Source: Octopus bimaculoides (lineage: Eukaryota). From it: a stretch of 64,000 bases of DNA. The notes beneath the pieces were generated by a model. That model was not told the origin of the DNA, ran no database searches, and worked only from the letters and a program-made list of their open reading frames with translations. This document shows positions 51,055 to 62,769 of this stretch, piece by piece. The position numbers were made by a program, and so were the translations under genes. The stretch spans positions 102,240,324 through 102,304,323 of the forward strand of contig NC_068981.1 in the NCBI RefSeq assembly GCF_001194135.2, read 5' to 3'. The stretch's first letter is position 1, and each line of letters begins with the position of its first letter.

Positions 51055-51450
51055 GGCATGGCAGTGTGGTTAAGAAGCTTGCTTTGTAACCATATAGTTT
51101 TGGGTTCAGTCTCATTGTGTGACACCTTGAGCAAGGGTCTTTAACTATAGCCTCAAGCTGGCCAGTGCCTAGTGTGTGAATTTGATTGATGGAAACTATT
51201 GTTTATCCATCTATCTATCTGAATGTCTCTATCTATCTCTGTCTGTCTGTTGTATGCATTCATCAGCCTCCTGTCATTTGACAACTAGTCTGTTTACATC
51301 CCTATAACTTAGCACTTCAGCAAAAGAGACTGATAGAATAAGTACCACATTTGAAAAACTCAAGTGCTGGGGTTGATTTGTTAAACTAAAACACTCATGG
51401 CAGTGCCCCAGCATGACTGCAATCAAATGACTGAGGCAAATAAAAGATAA
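51055..51450 (+). mobile_element. tRNA-derived SINE, family A (degenerate)
   Basis: Head GGCATGGCAGTGTGGTTAAG...GGGTTCAGTC and tail ...ATGACTGAGGCAAATAAAAG. Confidence 0.7.
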
Positions 51451-51506
51451 CGGATAAGTATCCTGTAACTATAAATCTTTTCCCCTTTTATTTTTCTTTT
51501 CTAACT

Positions 51507-51545
51507 TTCGTCTGATGAAGGACTACAGTCCAAAACGTCAAGACT
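51507..51545 (+). ncRNA. Minimal hammerhead ribozyme motif (GAAA mutated to AAAA)
   Basis: CTGATGA(51512-51518)-A-GGAC-TACA-GTCC-AAA-ACGT-C, with a palindromic ACGT stem III typical of PLE minimal hammerheads; stem I pairs poorly. Confidence 0.6.
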
Positions 51546-51940
51546 TGTTTTTTTTTTAGCATTAACAGATATGAACATGTAAATGGACTTATTCAAATAT
51601 ATTCTGTGTTGTCTTCTTTTTATGCTCATTGCCTTCTTAACATATTTATATACACATACACAATCACAGTGGTTAAAAAAAATAATGAAATATGCAAACC
51701 AAAGTTAGGACAGAAGAGGTGATAGATGATATTTTTGAGAACTAATAGTTGATTTGAAAAGGTCTTAAAGCTACTTTTGCGAGGAGTTAAGATAAGAACA
51801 TATTTTTTTCTTCCATTTTCATGACTGAAACTTCATTACTGACTGGAATGGATTGAGGGCAAAACATTGGTTTCTGTATTGTCCAGCAATACTAACGTAG
51901 ACTGTACGTTGATTTACATGCACACACACACACACACACA

Positions 51941-51991
<51 letters not shown>

Positions 51992-52602
51992 ACACACACT
52001 CATACATCTACCCACCACACATGTACGCTTGTGCACATACGTTCATGCACACACATACACACAACATATGCATATGTGAATACACACTTACAGGTATAAT
52101 GATAAAGATATACATGGCTACAGGCAAGTTATACGCATAGATAGCCAGATGTGTATCTTTCTCTCTCACTGTATTTGTCTGTCTCTGTCTCTCTTCTTTC
52201 ACTCTGTCTTTCTATCTGTGTCTAACCATCTCTGTCTGCCTGTCTCTCTTCCTCTCTCTTCTCCNNNNNNNNNNTCTGTCTCTGTCTCTCTTCTTTCACT
52301 CTGTCTTTCTATCTGTGTCTAACCATCTCTGTCTGCCTGTCTCTCTTCCTCTCTCTTCTCTCACTCTGTCTTTCTATCTGTGTCTAACCATCTCTGTCTG
52401 CCTGTCTCTCTTCCTCTCTCTTCTCCTGTATGCACACACACACATCCATATAGCTTCAGGTACTGATGTAAATATAGATACCTACAGACACATGGGGATG
52501 CCTGCCTGCCTGCCTGCCTGCACAGATGCACACGCACGTATACACACAAAACACATGTATAAATACCTGCATAAACACTCACATAAATATTTGTCAGATA
52601 TA

Positions 52603-52915
52603 GTACCGCCTGACTGGCTCCCGTAGGATTTTCGAGTGAGATCGTTGCCAGTGCCCCTGGACTGGCTTGTGCGGGTGGCACATAAAAGACACCATTTCGA
52701 GCGTGGCCGTTTTCGTGCGGGTGACACGTAAAAGCACCCACTACACTCTCTGAGTGGTTGGCGTTAGGAAGGGCATCCAGCTGTAGAAACTCTGCCAAAT
52801 TAGACTGGAGCCTGGTGTTGCCATCCGGTTGCACCAGTCCTCAGTCAAATCGTCCAACCCATGCTAGCATGGAAAGTGGACGTTAAACGATGATGATGAT
52901 GATGATGATGATGAT
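52603..52915 (+). mobile_element. RTE LINE 3' tail fragment
   Basis: Matches 2105-2320 and ends GGACGTTAAAC(GAT)n. Confidence 0.85.
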
Positions 52916-53036
52916 ATAAATGCACATCTTCTGACATGTAATAAAAATATTGGAGATGCATACAAATTCATAACCATAGGCACAGGGAAAATCATATCCT
53001 GTGTAGACATAAACACACACATACACATACTCACAT

Positions 53037-53087
<51 letters not shown>

Positions 53088-53115
53088 AAAACACACACAC
53101 ACACANNNNNNNNNN

Positions 53116-53162
<47 letters not shown>

Positions 53163-53976
53163 AAAACACACACACACACACACACATGCATACATGCAGA
53201 TATGAACATGTAAATGAACTTATTCAAATATATTTACGCAAGAGTGGGAGCAAATAGATGTGTGTTGTGTACTAGAGGTAAGATAGACATATTGCAGGCA
53301 AGGAACATATGCACATTATCTTCTGGGTGGTGACAGCACTGAAGATGGTGGATAAGAATGTTGTTGGTAGAGATAGATAAAGTCATTGAGGTGTTCAGAA
53401 TATGCAACAGAATAATTCAGCTTAGACTAATTACACGGTGTAACAAAATTTTTATCTATTTATTTGTTTATTTATTGTATTTGGTCAATAAGTGTTATTT
53501 TCTATTTGCTTCTATCTTGAAATCAAAGGAGATGACTACTATTCCCTTCAAAATTTGTTTTTGTGACCTGGACACCAATGTTTTGAAACTGACCTATTTT
53601 CCATTACATTTTGGACAGATTCAGTGCTGTGTTGCTGAAGCAGAAATATCATTATAGCAAATATTCTGCTCAATACCACAGATTTGCTTGTCAATTGCTT
53701 GACTTTAACCACTTGAGGATATCCCTTAGTGACTGACAATATGTGCATCTCTGATTATAAGCAGGAATAGTGGGGGAACATCATAACCATGTGTGGTTAT
53801 CTAAAAATAAGTTATTGCAGAAATATATGTTAACACAGAATACATTCCATACTTCTGGAACATAGGTTCAACTACCAACTGTTAATACAGTTCTATATTT
53901 GAGAGATGAGAAATTATGTACATTATTTACATTATTTACTTTTGATGAATATTTGTCCTTATCTTGTTTGTTGTTA

Positions 53977-54020
53977 ACACAACATTTTGGCTGATGTACT
54001 CTCCAGCCTTCATCAGGTGT
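53977..54020 (-). ncRNA. Minimal hammerhead ribozyme (two CpG-type transitions in the core)
   Basis: Minus strand: ACAC-CTGATGA-A-GGCTG-GAGAGTACAT-CAGCC-AAAATGTT-GTGT. Stem I (ACAC/GTGT) and stem II (GGCTG/CAGCC) are perfect; GAAACGT reads AAAATGT. Confidence 0.75.
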
Positions 54021-54084
54021 CCTGGGGGAATTTCGAACCTGAGTTCTCATTCCTAAGATATGTTACTAATATTATTATTATGAT

Positions 54085-54166
54085 TCAGGTCATTGCCTGG
54101 AATCGAACTTGGAATCTTGGGGTTAGTAGCCCGCACTCTTAACCACTATGCCATATGCCTGTGGGC
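54085..54166 (-). promoter_or_regulatory. tRNA-derived internal Pol III promoter (A and B boxes)
   Basis: A box TGGCATAGTGG (54153-54143); anticodon-arm-like GGGCTACTAACCC; B box AGTTCGATTCC (54109-54099). No good acceptor stem, so not a tRNA gene. Confidence 0.7.
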
Positions 54167-54202
54167 AATTATTGAGTGAATTTTAGGGCTTATACATCTA
54201 AT

Positions 54203-55735
54203 ATGGAACTGTATTATCTAATCAGTATGGAGATGACATTAGACTTCAGTGGAGACATACAGAGAAACTCCATAAAAAACTAGCTTGTCTTTCAAACCAT
54301 CTAACTTTCTTGTGTAGATGTAGAGACTCAAAGCTAATACCACCTAGCTTGAATATAATGACACCAGTGGATTCATATAAAGCTCGAAGAGTAGTGAAAA
54401 GGGCAGGACATGCCCTCGTCCACAAGAGGATCCATTATAACCATGGGAAAAACATCAACTAAATAATGAAACCAGAGAGAGGTTATCTTTATTACTTAGG
54501 AGAATAACCAGAGATGATGATAAAAAGAGAATCCAACAAAACCTAGAAAAGTCATACAAAAAAGAATTTGAAAAGGTGAAGACACACCAGATTAAGTTTC
54601 TGAAGCTCAAAGGTTAGAGAATGAAGACTGAAGTCCGTCACCCACCCATGAAAGCAGTAATTAATGTAAGTAGCCAACATCTAGAAAGCTCTGAAGAAGC
54701 AGTACTAAACAAAGGTCTCAACAGAATGGACACTGATATATATCAACAAGAAGAGGGTTTAGCTATGGGTTCACCATTATCACCAATAATATACATGGAA
54801 TAGTTTGAGAATTTAGCTTTAAGATCAACACCACTTAAACCAGCCCTATGGCTGCGATATGTTGATGACACCTTTATACTCTAGCCCCACCAGAGATCAT
54901 GTGAACTGTTAGATCATGTAAAATCAATAAACCCATCCATACAGTTCACAATGGAAAAGGAAAAAGGCAATCAGCTAGCATTCCTGGACATATTAATAAC
55001 ACCCACCCAGTATGGATCCAGGATATCCATATACTGCAAGCCAACCTTCACTGGACGATACCTCAACTTCAATTCCCACCATCCATACAGTGTAAAAAGA
55101 GGGATTTCTCAGTGCCTAAAACATTAAGCAAAGAATATAAGTAGCGACCCTGATACACACCATGAAGAAATGATCAAGCTAAGTAACAATCTATTAAGCA
55201 ACAACTATCCACTCCAATCATGAAGAGAAGAAAGGATGGAACCCATAAACTGACCACAGTCCGTCAACCCTGTGTGAAAGGCCTCTCCGAAAAGATACAA
55301 AAGATATGTAACCCATATGACATCAGGACAGTATTCAAATGTAATACAACACTTTGCAAATATCTCCTTCAAATAAAACCACCAATACTAGAGAATATGA
55401 CCAAAAACTGCGTGTACTCCATCCCATGCAGCTGTGGTAGGTTCTACAAAGGTAAAACATGCCACTCCCTCAAAATAAAGGTAGAGAAACATGGCAAAGC
55501 TGTGACACAAGGAAATATTGATAAATCAGGAATAGCTGATCATGTATGGAAAAACAAAGACCAACTCCCCCTGTAGGATGAAGTGAAAATAATAGACAAA
55601 GAACACCACTGGAAAATACAAAAACTAAATGAGGCAGCACATACACTAGGACACAACAACCTCCTAAGCAGACTGAATGCATATCTGAGTAACATATGGG
55701 AACCAATATTAAGGGTGGATAGGAAAATATAAAAT
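54203..55735 (+). mobile_element. Penelope-like element (Poseidon/Penelope-like), RT plus C-terminal GIY-YIG, internally deleted pseudogene
   Basis: KLACLSNHLTFLCRCRDSKLIP; VLNKGLN joined directly to QQEEGLAMGSPLSP (deletion near 54725); WLRYVDDTFIL; QFTMEKEK...LAFLDI; NCVYSIPCSCGRFYKGKT. Confidence 0.92.
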
Positions 55736-55959
55736 TCATAATGTGCCACTTCTACATTGCATTTTTATTTAGGTGATCTTTGTCTTATAAATTATGACTT
55801 CTGCATGATGGGATTTATTGTGCCAGCATATATTTGTTTCTTGCATAACTGAAAAAAATATCTCTGAAAACTATATATATATATATATTGTTATACATGT
55901 GTCTTAAGTGTTATTATCCATTATTCTTGTATCAAGAAATGAATGCACTCTAGAAAAGG

Positions 55960-56343
55960 TTACATAACAATTACTACTCCACAAAAAATAATTCCATTTT
56001 CTTGAAGATTTATCCTTGAGACTTGTTTATGGTTTTTGTAAACCCTAGGCATACTGGAAACTAATTTCTTTCTCTCTAAAATGAAAAGTACATTGACTAC
56101 TTTTGGTCTGTGGAATTGAAACCATTCTACTGATTGTACATTATTAATCAACTCTTCTACATAACAATTGTGTAGGTTAATCATCTTCATTCTTGCTCCA
56201 TTGCATAATTGCTGATGGGATATAGTTAATAAGGACATAGCTATTCCATTATGCTTTAAATTAAATTTATGAGGTGAAATTTCAAATGGAATCAGTGAGT
56301 TTGAGATTTCAGAGAAATGGTTGGTTTTGTCTTCAATTTCCAT
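55960..56343 (-). CDS. Unassigned 127-aa ORF in unique sequence; possible host exon
   Basis: Stop-free 384 nt in AT-rich, non-repetitive DNA with normal amino-acid complexity; no domain recognised. Confidence 0.2.
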   Translation of the reverse strand: MEIEDKTNHFSEISNSLIPFEISPHKFNLKHNGIAMSLLTISHQQLCNGARMKMINLHNCYVEELINNVQSVEWFQFHRPKVVNVLFILERKKLVSSMPRVYKNHKQVSRINLQENGIIFCGVVIVM

Positions 56344-58429
56344 AGTTTATAGTTCCATAGTTTATCAGTCAGTTGTCTTGCAAATCATATAAATACTAGA
56401 GTATGTCTTTGATTTAATTCTATTGTTAAAATAGTATTTGCTTAAAGAATTACACATGTGGACTGTAACAGAAAATGTTGTTTTAGTAGTAGTAGCAGTA
56501 ACAGCAGCAGCAGTAGTAGTAGTAATTGTTGTTGTTGTTGTTGCTAGATGTGATTACCTTGCTCCAAGTATTTTGGTGTTTTACCAGATTAATCTAATAT
56601 GATGTTGGGTTTCCATGTAATTTAAACTTGTAAGAATAAGTATTGGGATTGTTTTAAGCAGAGAATATTTGAGCATTGGAAGCCTGCCCATACTGGGTGT
56701 GTTAGACAAATTTTATTTGCTCTTATTTTGTTCCCATGCATATATATAATGAGGATGTGGAATGCCCACCAACACAACCATATTTAAGGTAAACATGTTT
56801 CCACAGAATTTAAGCTGTAAAAGTTTTGTAGCAAAATACATGTAATATGGAGAAGGAAAATAGTGACATTTCTGTCAAAAGTGGTCCTAACTTAGCCAAA
56901 ACAACAAAACAAGCTCTCATGTAGATATATAAGCATCATCAAATGAAAGAATTTATGTATTTCTTAATGATAGAAATTTGAGTGAAGAACCAGTCCTCGT
57001 CTTTTGGGCAACAATGTGCATTAGCCAGACATTGGATGTGGAAAATTTTAGTCAAAAGAAAGGTTGTATGGCAACATAATGTGACAAAAACAGTAGTCAG
57101 TGTCTGAAACTGTGACACAAGTATTTGAGGAAATGACAGTGACCTAAATGTGCATTGCCAAAAAAGAAAAAAAATCAGTTAATGGTATCCCTTGTTGATT
57201 TGTTGATATGTACAGTGAGATCTCCTACATTCAGTGAGGAAGAAGCTCGTATAGTTAAGTCAGCATCACATTAGTTATCTCTCGATGGGAGACAACTCTA
57301 ATATGGTAGGCACTATGAACAGTTGAAGTTGTGTTTTTCCTTGCTTTTGAAGTTCCAACAAAATCAAAATTCCAGAGAAATTGAAAATCTCAGTAAACTT
57401 TATGGAATGATATTAATTGCTAATATTTTACAAAAGGCAAACAGAGAGCTCCAATGGTGGCAGCCAAATGACCGATCAGTTTTCTTATTGAGATTAAATT
57501 TAATTTAACCAAGAAAAAGGGAGTCTCCCTCTGTACATTGAACTTGCCGAGCTAGTGTCACCTCCCTTTCAGCATCTACTTAGATACTGATGTCATGGTT
57601 AAAACTTGATAATGATAATAGTCAGACCATTCAAAGATAATCCCTATCCAATTACAATTAACCAATCTAGACTGCTTCAAAAGGAAGTATCCAAATGATC
57701 AAGCACAATTGTTTTTGTTTTTTTTTGCTTTGAATCTTCAAGTGAGGTATCACAGAATCTGGCTCTTAATACAAATTTACAGACAGACAGACATGCACCA
57801 ATGCATGCCTACACACACACACGCACACACATACACACATGCGCGCGCACGCAGCACTCTGTCTCTCTCTTGAATGTATTCATATGTGTTTGTAAGGGAC
57901 TATATATTTATGCACTACAGCTAATGGAATGTTTTGCAAAAATATATAACTAAATTTTTGATCACTTTTTACCTAATACTTACACAAGTTGTTGGCTTTA
58001 TTCAAAACAAAAAACACACACACATATATATGCATATACATATGTACACACAAAGAATTTTAGTGTATATTTAAACTTTGCAACTAATGGAATATATTGT
58101 AAAAATATATCATTAAACTTTTAATTACTATTTTCCTAAAGATTACAACAGGTTTTGGCTTTACTTAAATGAAAGCAACAACAGATACATACACACACAC
58201 ACACACACACACAAGTTGGTTGTAAATCATGAACTAGTATTGAGCAGACCATGACTCAAAATAGTTTAGTATATATATANNNNNNNNNNTCTCTTAGTTA
58301 ACAATTAACTCCGACAAAACAAATTGGTTAATAGATACCAGCCAGGGTAGCAAAGATCACAAAATAACTTTGGTGTAACTCCTATTTACGAGGTAGAAAC
58401 TCCCTGTTAATTTGGGGTATTTTGAGTAA

Positions 58430-58538
58430 ATATAAAATTTAATAAATGGAGTAATACGCATATGTTAAATGAATTCTTTTATTTCCAACATACAAAGAAT
58501 TCATTTAACATATGCGTATTACTCCATTTATCAAATTT

Positions 58539-58543
<5 letters not shown>
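58430..58543. repeat. Near-perfect 50-bp inverted repeat with a 14-nt spacer
   Basis: Arms 58430-58479 and 58494-58543 match at 49 of 50 positions. Confidence 0.95.
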
Positions 58544-58578
<35 letters not shown>

Positions 58579-58605
58579 AAGAGTAAATATTACTTTTATC
58601 ATCTA

Positions 58606-59030
58606 AGGCAGTGAGCTGGCAGAATTAGCACACCTGGCAAAATTCTTAGCGGTATCTCGCTCACCTTTACATTCTGAGTTCAAATTCCACTGAGGTCGAC
58701 TTTGCCTTTCATCTCTTCAGTATCGATAAATTAAATACCAGTCAAGTACTGGGGTCGATGTGATCGAGTTACCCTCTCCCCGCAAATTTCAAGCCTTGTG
58801 CCTATAGTAGAAAGGATTATATAAGGCAGTGAGCTGGCAGAATCATTAGCATGGTGGGAAATATGCTTAGCAGCATTTCACCCATCTTTATATTCTGTGT
58901 TTAGATGCTGCCAGGGTCAACTTTGCCTTTAATCCTATTGAGATCTATAAAATAAGCACCAGTTGAGCATTGGAGCCTATATAATCGATTTAGCCTCTTC
59001 CATGCCTCTTACTGGCCTTGTGTCAAAATA
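58606..59030 (+). mobile_element. Two tandem family B SINEs
   Basis: Head AAGGCAGTGAGCTGGCAGAAT at ~58605 and ~58822, each followed by the family B core. Confidence 0.8.
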
Positions 59031-59046
59031 AAAAATATATTTTATT

Positions 59047-59960
59047 ACTAGCTGATGTACCTGGTAATTCCTGGGAAAGAGGGGCTTATCTCTTGGTTCT
59101 GTTCTCATAATTGTTTCGTTAATCGAGTAATAACAATACAAAGTATGTAGTCCTTAAAACGGTTTTTGTGCATTTACAGAGAATACTGAACTGTCTTACA
59201 CAGGATCTTGTTTTTAGGAATTCCCAATAAGTTATGAATACCCAAATTGTGAAGTCAGTTATGTACTAACATGAAATTAGTTACCCAATAGTAAGAATTC
59301 AAATAAAGTAGCCCTGAAAAGGGCTTAATGTGTTCCCAGAGTATATAGAACATAGGAGGAAATACTAATATGGTATGTATACTAAAATCGTGACGCATGT
59401 TATGTAATAACAGGCTAATCAGATATGAAATAATAACAATTTAAAGTAAATAGCTCTGAAAAGGGCTTTTGAGCATTCCCAGAAAATATTACCCTCAGCA
59501 GCACTAGTGTTGGTATATTCGTGAATAAGTCACTAACCAAAATAAGTGGATCTATTGTTTAGGAAAATACTATTTACTTGTTTAAGCATTGTATTGGATA
59601 AATTGTGAAAATAACTCAGAGTTCAAATACTAAGAAATAAGCATACTCAATTTGATTTTTACCAAATAATTTAGGAAAATGAATGGGTTATTTCCCTTGG
59701 CTATATATAAGGATCCCTTCCAGGGGCGAATGTGTTATTTCCATTGGTTTTTAGATTAAAATATATTAGATATATACAATGATCACTTACAGGGACCCTA
59801 TTATCAATTTTTCAACAATCTGAGTATGTCATGAGGTTTCCAGACATGAATTCGACTCATGTATCAAGTTTCATCAAAATCAATAAAACGATGTAGGAGG
59901 AGTTAGCTAACAACTCCACAAACACACCCACAGACAGAATTTCCCACATATGTAGTAGAT
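59047..59960 (+). mobile_element. Non-autonomous Helentron/HINE (DINE-1/Lep1-like) element
   Basis: Starts ACTAGCTGATGTACC. The 3' block has TCAAGTTTCATCAAAATC, hairpin GGAGTT-7nt-AACTCC (59899-59917), CAGACAGA and ...TAGAT|T, resembling HINE ends as I recall them. Confidence 0.6.
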
Positions 59961-60039
59961 TGAGGTAATACGCAACAAAAGTATAGATGCCACAATATGT
60001 TTCTGTATTAGGTATTACCTAGCAAATAATTACAACAAT

Positions 60040-60450
60040 TTCACATTTTTGGCACAAGGCCAGCAATTTTGGGGGAGGGGGTAAGTCAATTACATTGACC
60101 TCAGTGCTCAACTGATGCTTATTTAACCAACCCTGAAGAAATGAAAGGTAAAGTCAATCTCAGTGGAATTTGAACTCAGAATATAAAAACAGATGAAATG
60201 CCATTTAGCATTTTGTCTGGTGCAGTAATGATTCTACTGGCTTGCCGCCTTAGTAATAATAATAATTACGATAATAATCCTTTCTACTTAAGAGAAAAGG
60301 CCTGAAATTTGTGGGGAAAGGGTAAGTTGATTATATCAATCTCAGTACTTAACTGGTACTGATATCAGAATTTGAAATTAGAACATAAAGACAGATGAAA
60401 TGCCACTAAGTATTTTGTCTGGCATGCTAATGACTCTGCCAGCTATATAA
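60040..60450 (-). mobile_element. Two family B SINE copies
   Basis: Reverse complement of the family B core, twice. Confidence 0.7.
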
Positions 60451-60675
60451 TCACATGTCACATGACCAACCTGACTACCAGATGCTGTTATACATTGTTT
60501 TAGCCATCAAATGATGCCACCCCACTGACTAGGTGAGCAGGCCAACATTCCCTCCTGATTGAAATAAGGACTGGAGCAATGTGAAATGAAGTGTTTTGCT
60601 CAAGGACACAATGTGCAGCCCGGTCTGGGAATCAAGCCCATGATCTAGCAATCGTGAGTGCAAACTATATAATAA

Positions 60676-62758
60676 CACAGGTTTACAGAGAAATGGAGGA
60701 AAACATAAAGATAGTTGTTCTATCCTAATTTTGGGATGCTGATTTCAGGTACAAAACCAGTTTTCACTCATCACCTCTAGTTTTTGAGATATACATTAAT
60801 ATGATTTGCGACAATTTATGTAACCATACATATGACCAATTTTTATTTTGTTTTCCAGGTTTTTGTGATACATATGATACACGTGTCTACAATGGCTTCA
60901 CACACTTTAAAACACTGAGGATGCATCAACAAAGCAAACTCATTTTGCTACATGTGTGGGGATTTCATGACAGTTGCACACTGCTGAACAATTACTTCCC
61001 TCCTGTGAACTGTTTACCTTCATTATTTTGAATGTAAAATTGGAAATCAGGACAAATCCTGGGCCCCACACATCTGTTGGAAACCCTGCTACAATGGACT
61101 ACTGCATTGTTTAATGGCAAGAAAGCAGCCTTCATCTTTGCTGTCCCAATGGTCTGGAGAGAGCCATGAAGCCATGCAGATGATAGTTATATTTGTCTCA
61201 CAAATATAACAAGTTTCAATGCTTCTTCTAGAAAAAAGATCAAATATGCCAACCTTCCCTCAGTTATGAGACCTGTTCCCCTCTCAGATGATTTCCAAGT
61301 CCCTACACCCCCAGCAAATCAGGATCTTCCTTCATCAGATGAAGAAATACCTTCAGGAGAAGTTGATCTCTTCTGAAGACAATGTCTCTGTTTATTCAGA
61401 AGCAAGTGGAAATGAGCCTCACTGGATCACACAAGAAGACCTGAATGACCTTGCCCATGATTTGTATCTATCTAAGCAGCAGTCAGAGCTCCTGGCATAC
61501 TGGCTTAAGCAGTGGGCCCTGGTCAAGGCAGATATAAGGATTACCAGTTTCAGGTCACAGAACCAGGACTTTGCTTCATTCTTTGACATGGAAAACAGGT
61601 TGTGCTACTGCACAATGGGAATAAATACCCTAGCATTCCCATTGCCTAATCAGTCCATCTGAAGATGTCATATGAAAATATAGAGCTCCTTTTGGAAGCT
61701 GTCAAATACAACCAGTACCAGTGGAGTCTCTGCAGAGACCTCAAGGTCATTGGGCTCCTTATTGGTATGCAAGCGGGCTTCACAAAGTACTGTTGCTTTC
61801 TCTGTCTCTGAGACAGTCGGGCTGTACCCAAGCACTACAAGCAGAAGGACTGGGAATCTAGAACACTTATGTGCCTGATGAATAGTGTTCAAGAAAATCT
61901 TCTGGTGAACATGGACAAGCTGCTTCTTCCTTCTCTTCATATTTAGCATGGTTTAATGAAGAATTTTATGAAGGCCATGGACAAAAATACCGCTGCCTTT
62001 CAACACTTGTGCACTCTATTCCCAACTCTGAGTTCTGATAAGCTCAAGGAGGGGATCTTCGTCAGATCTCAGAACCAAGAGGTGCTGAAGGATAAGGACT
62101 TTGAGGAGCTTCTTACCTTAAAGGAACCAAGAGCATGGGAAGCATTTAAGTCAGTCTGCCATTGCTTCATTGGTGACACACGGGTACTAGATTACCAAAA
62201 GCGTATTGAGAAGTTGTTACAGTCTTATGAGGATATGGGATGCTGAATGTCACTACTCAAAATTTACTTTCTTCACTCCCACTTCAACTTCTTCCCTCCC
62301 AAATGATGAGCATGGAGAAAGGTTCCACCAAGATATTACTAAGAGAGTGAGCAATTACCAAGGCAAGTGGAACCTCAGCATGATGGAGGACTTTTGCTGG
62401 ATGCTCTTGCACGACATCCTGGAGGTAAAGTACACAAGTTCATCAAAAAAACTCACTTCTAACTGCCTGCTGTACTATGATTTGGGTGTGTTGTAATATT
62501 CAAGTAATTTAGTTCCATCAGTGTTCTGTAATTATGCTGTTTTTTTCTGTAATATGTCTTTGTAATAGATGAAATAAACACATTATATTTTGAATTTATA
62601 TGCAGTATAATTAAACTGGGATATGTGAAAGTAAAACAACTAGAGATGACAGAGCAAAACTGTTCAGAAAATTGAATTCACCACATCAATATTAGTAAAA
62701 AAAAAACACCTGTTCACATCCTTGCCTCAGCAAAAAAAAAAAAAAATGTAAACCAGTG
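60676..62758 (+). mobile_element. Chapaev3-type (CMC) DNA transposon, full length, transposase pseudogenised
   Basis: Termini CACAGGTTTACA / TGTAAACCAGTG (11 of 12 match) with TAA on both flanks and a longer imperfect subterminal IR. Motifs FCYMCG, QDKSWAPHIC, FAVPMVWREP, GFTKYCCFLCL, LLPSLHI, KLKEGIFV and DEHGERFHQDI. Confidence 0.9.
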
Positions 62759-62769
62759 TAATGATTGCA

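Larger units (their letters stand above)
53860..54203 (-). mobile_element. Putative inverted pseudo-LTR of the adjacent PLE, containing a tRNA-like module and a hammerhead
   Basis: Abuts the start of the PLE ORF in the opposite orientation; carries A/B boxes and a hammerhead motif on the minus strand. Confidence 0.6.

Noticed and set aside
54085-54166. Possible genuine tRNA gene (also the SINE heads at 10470-10550, 42550-42630, 47077-47150)
   Set aside because: A/B boxes are present but there is no paired acceptor stem, and the sequences continue into repeat bodies.
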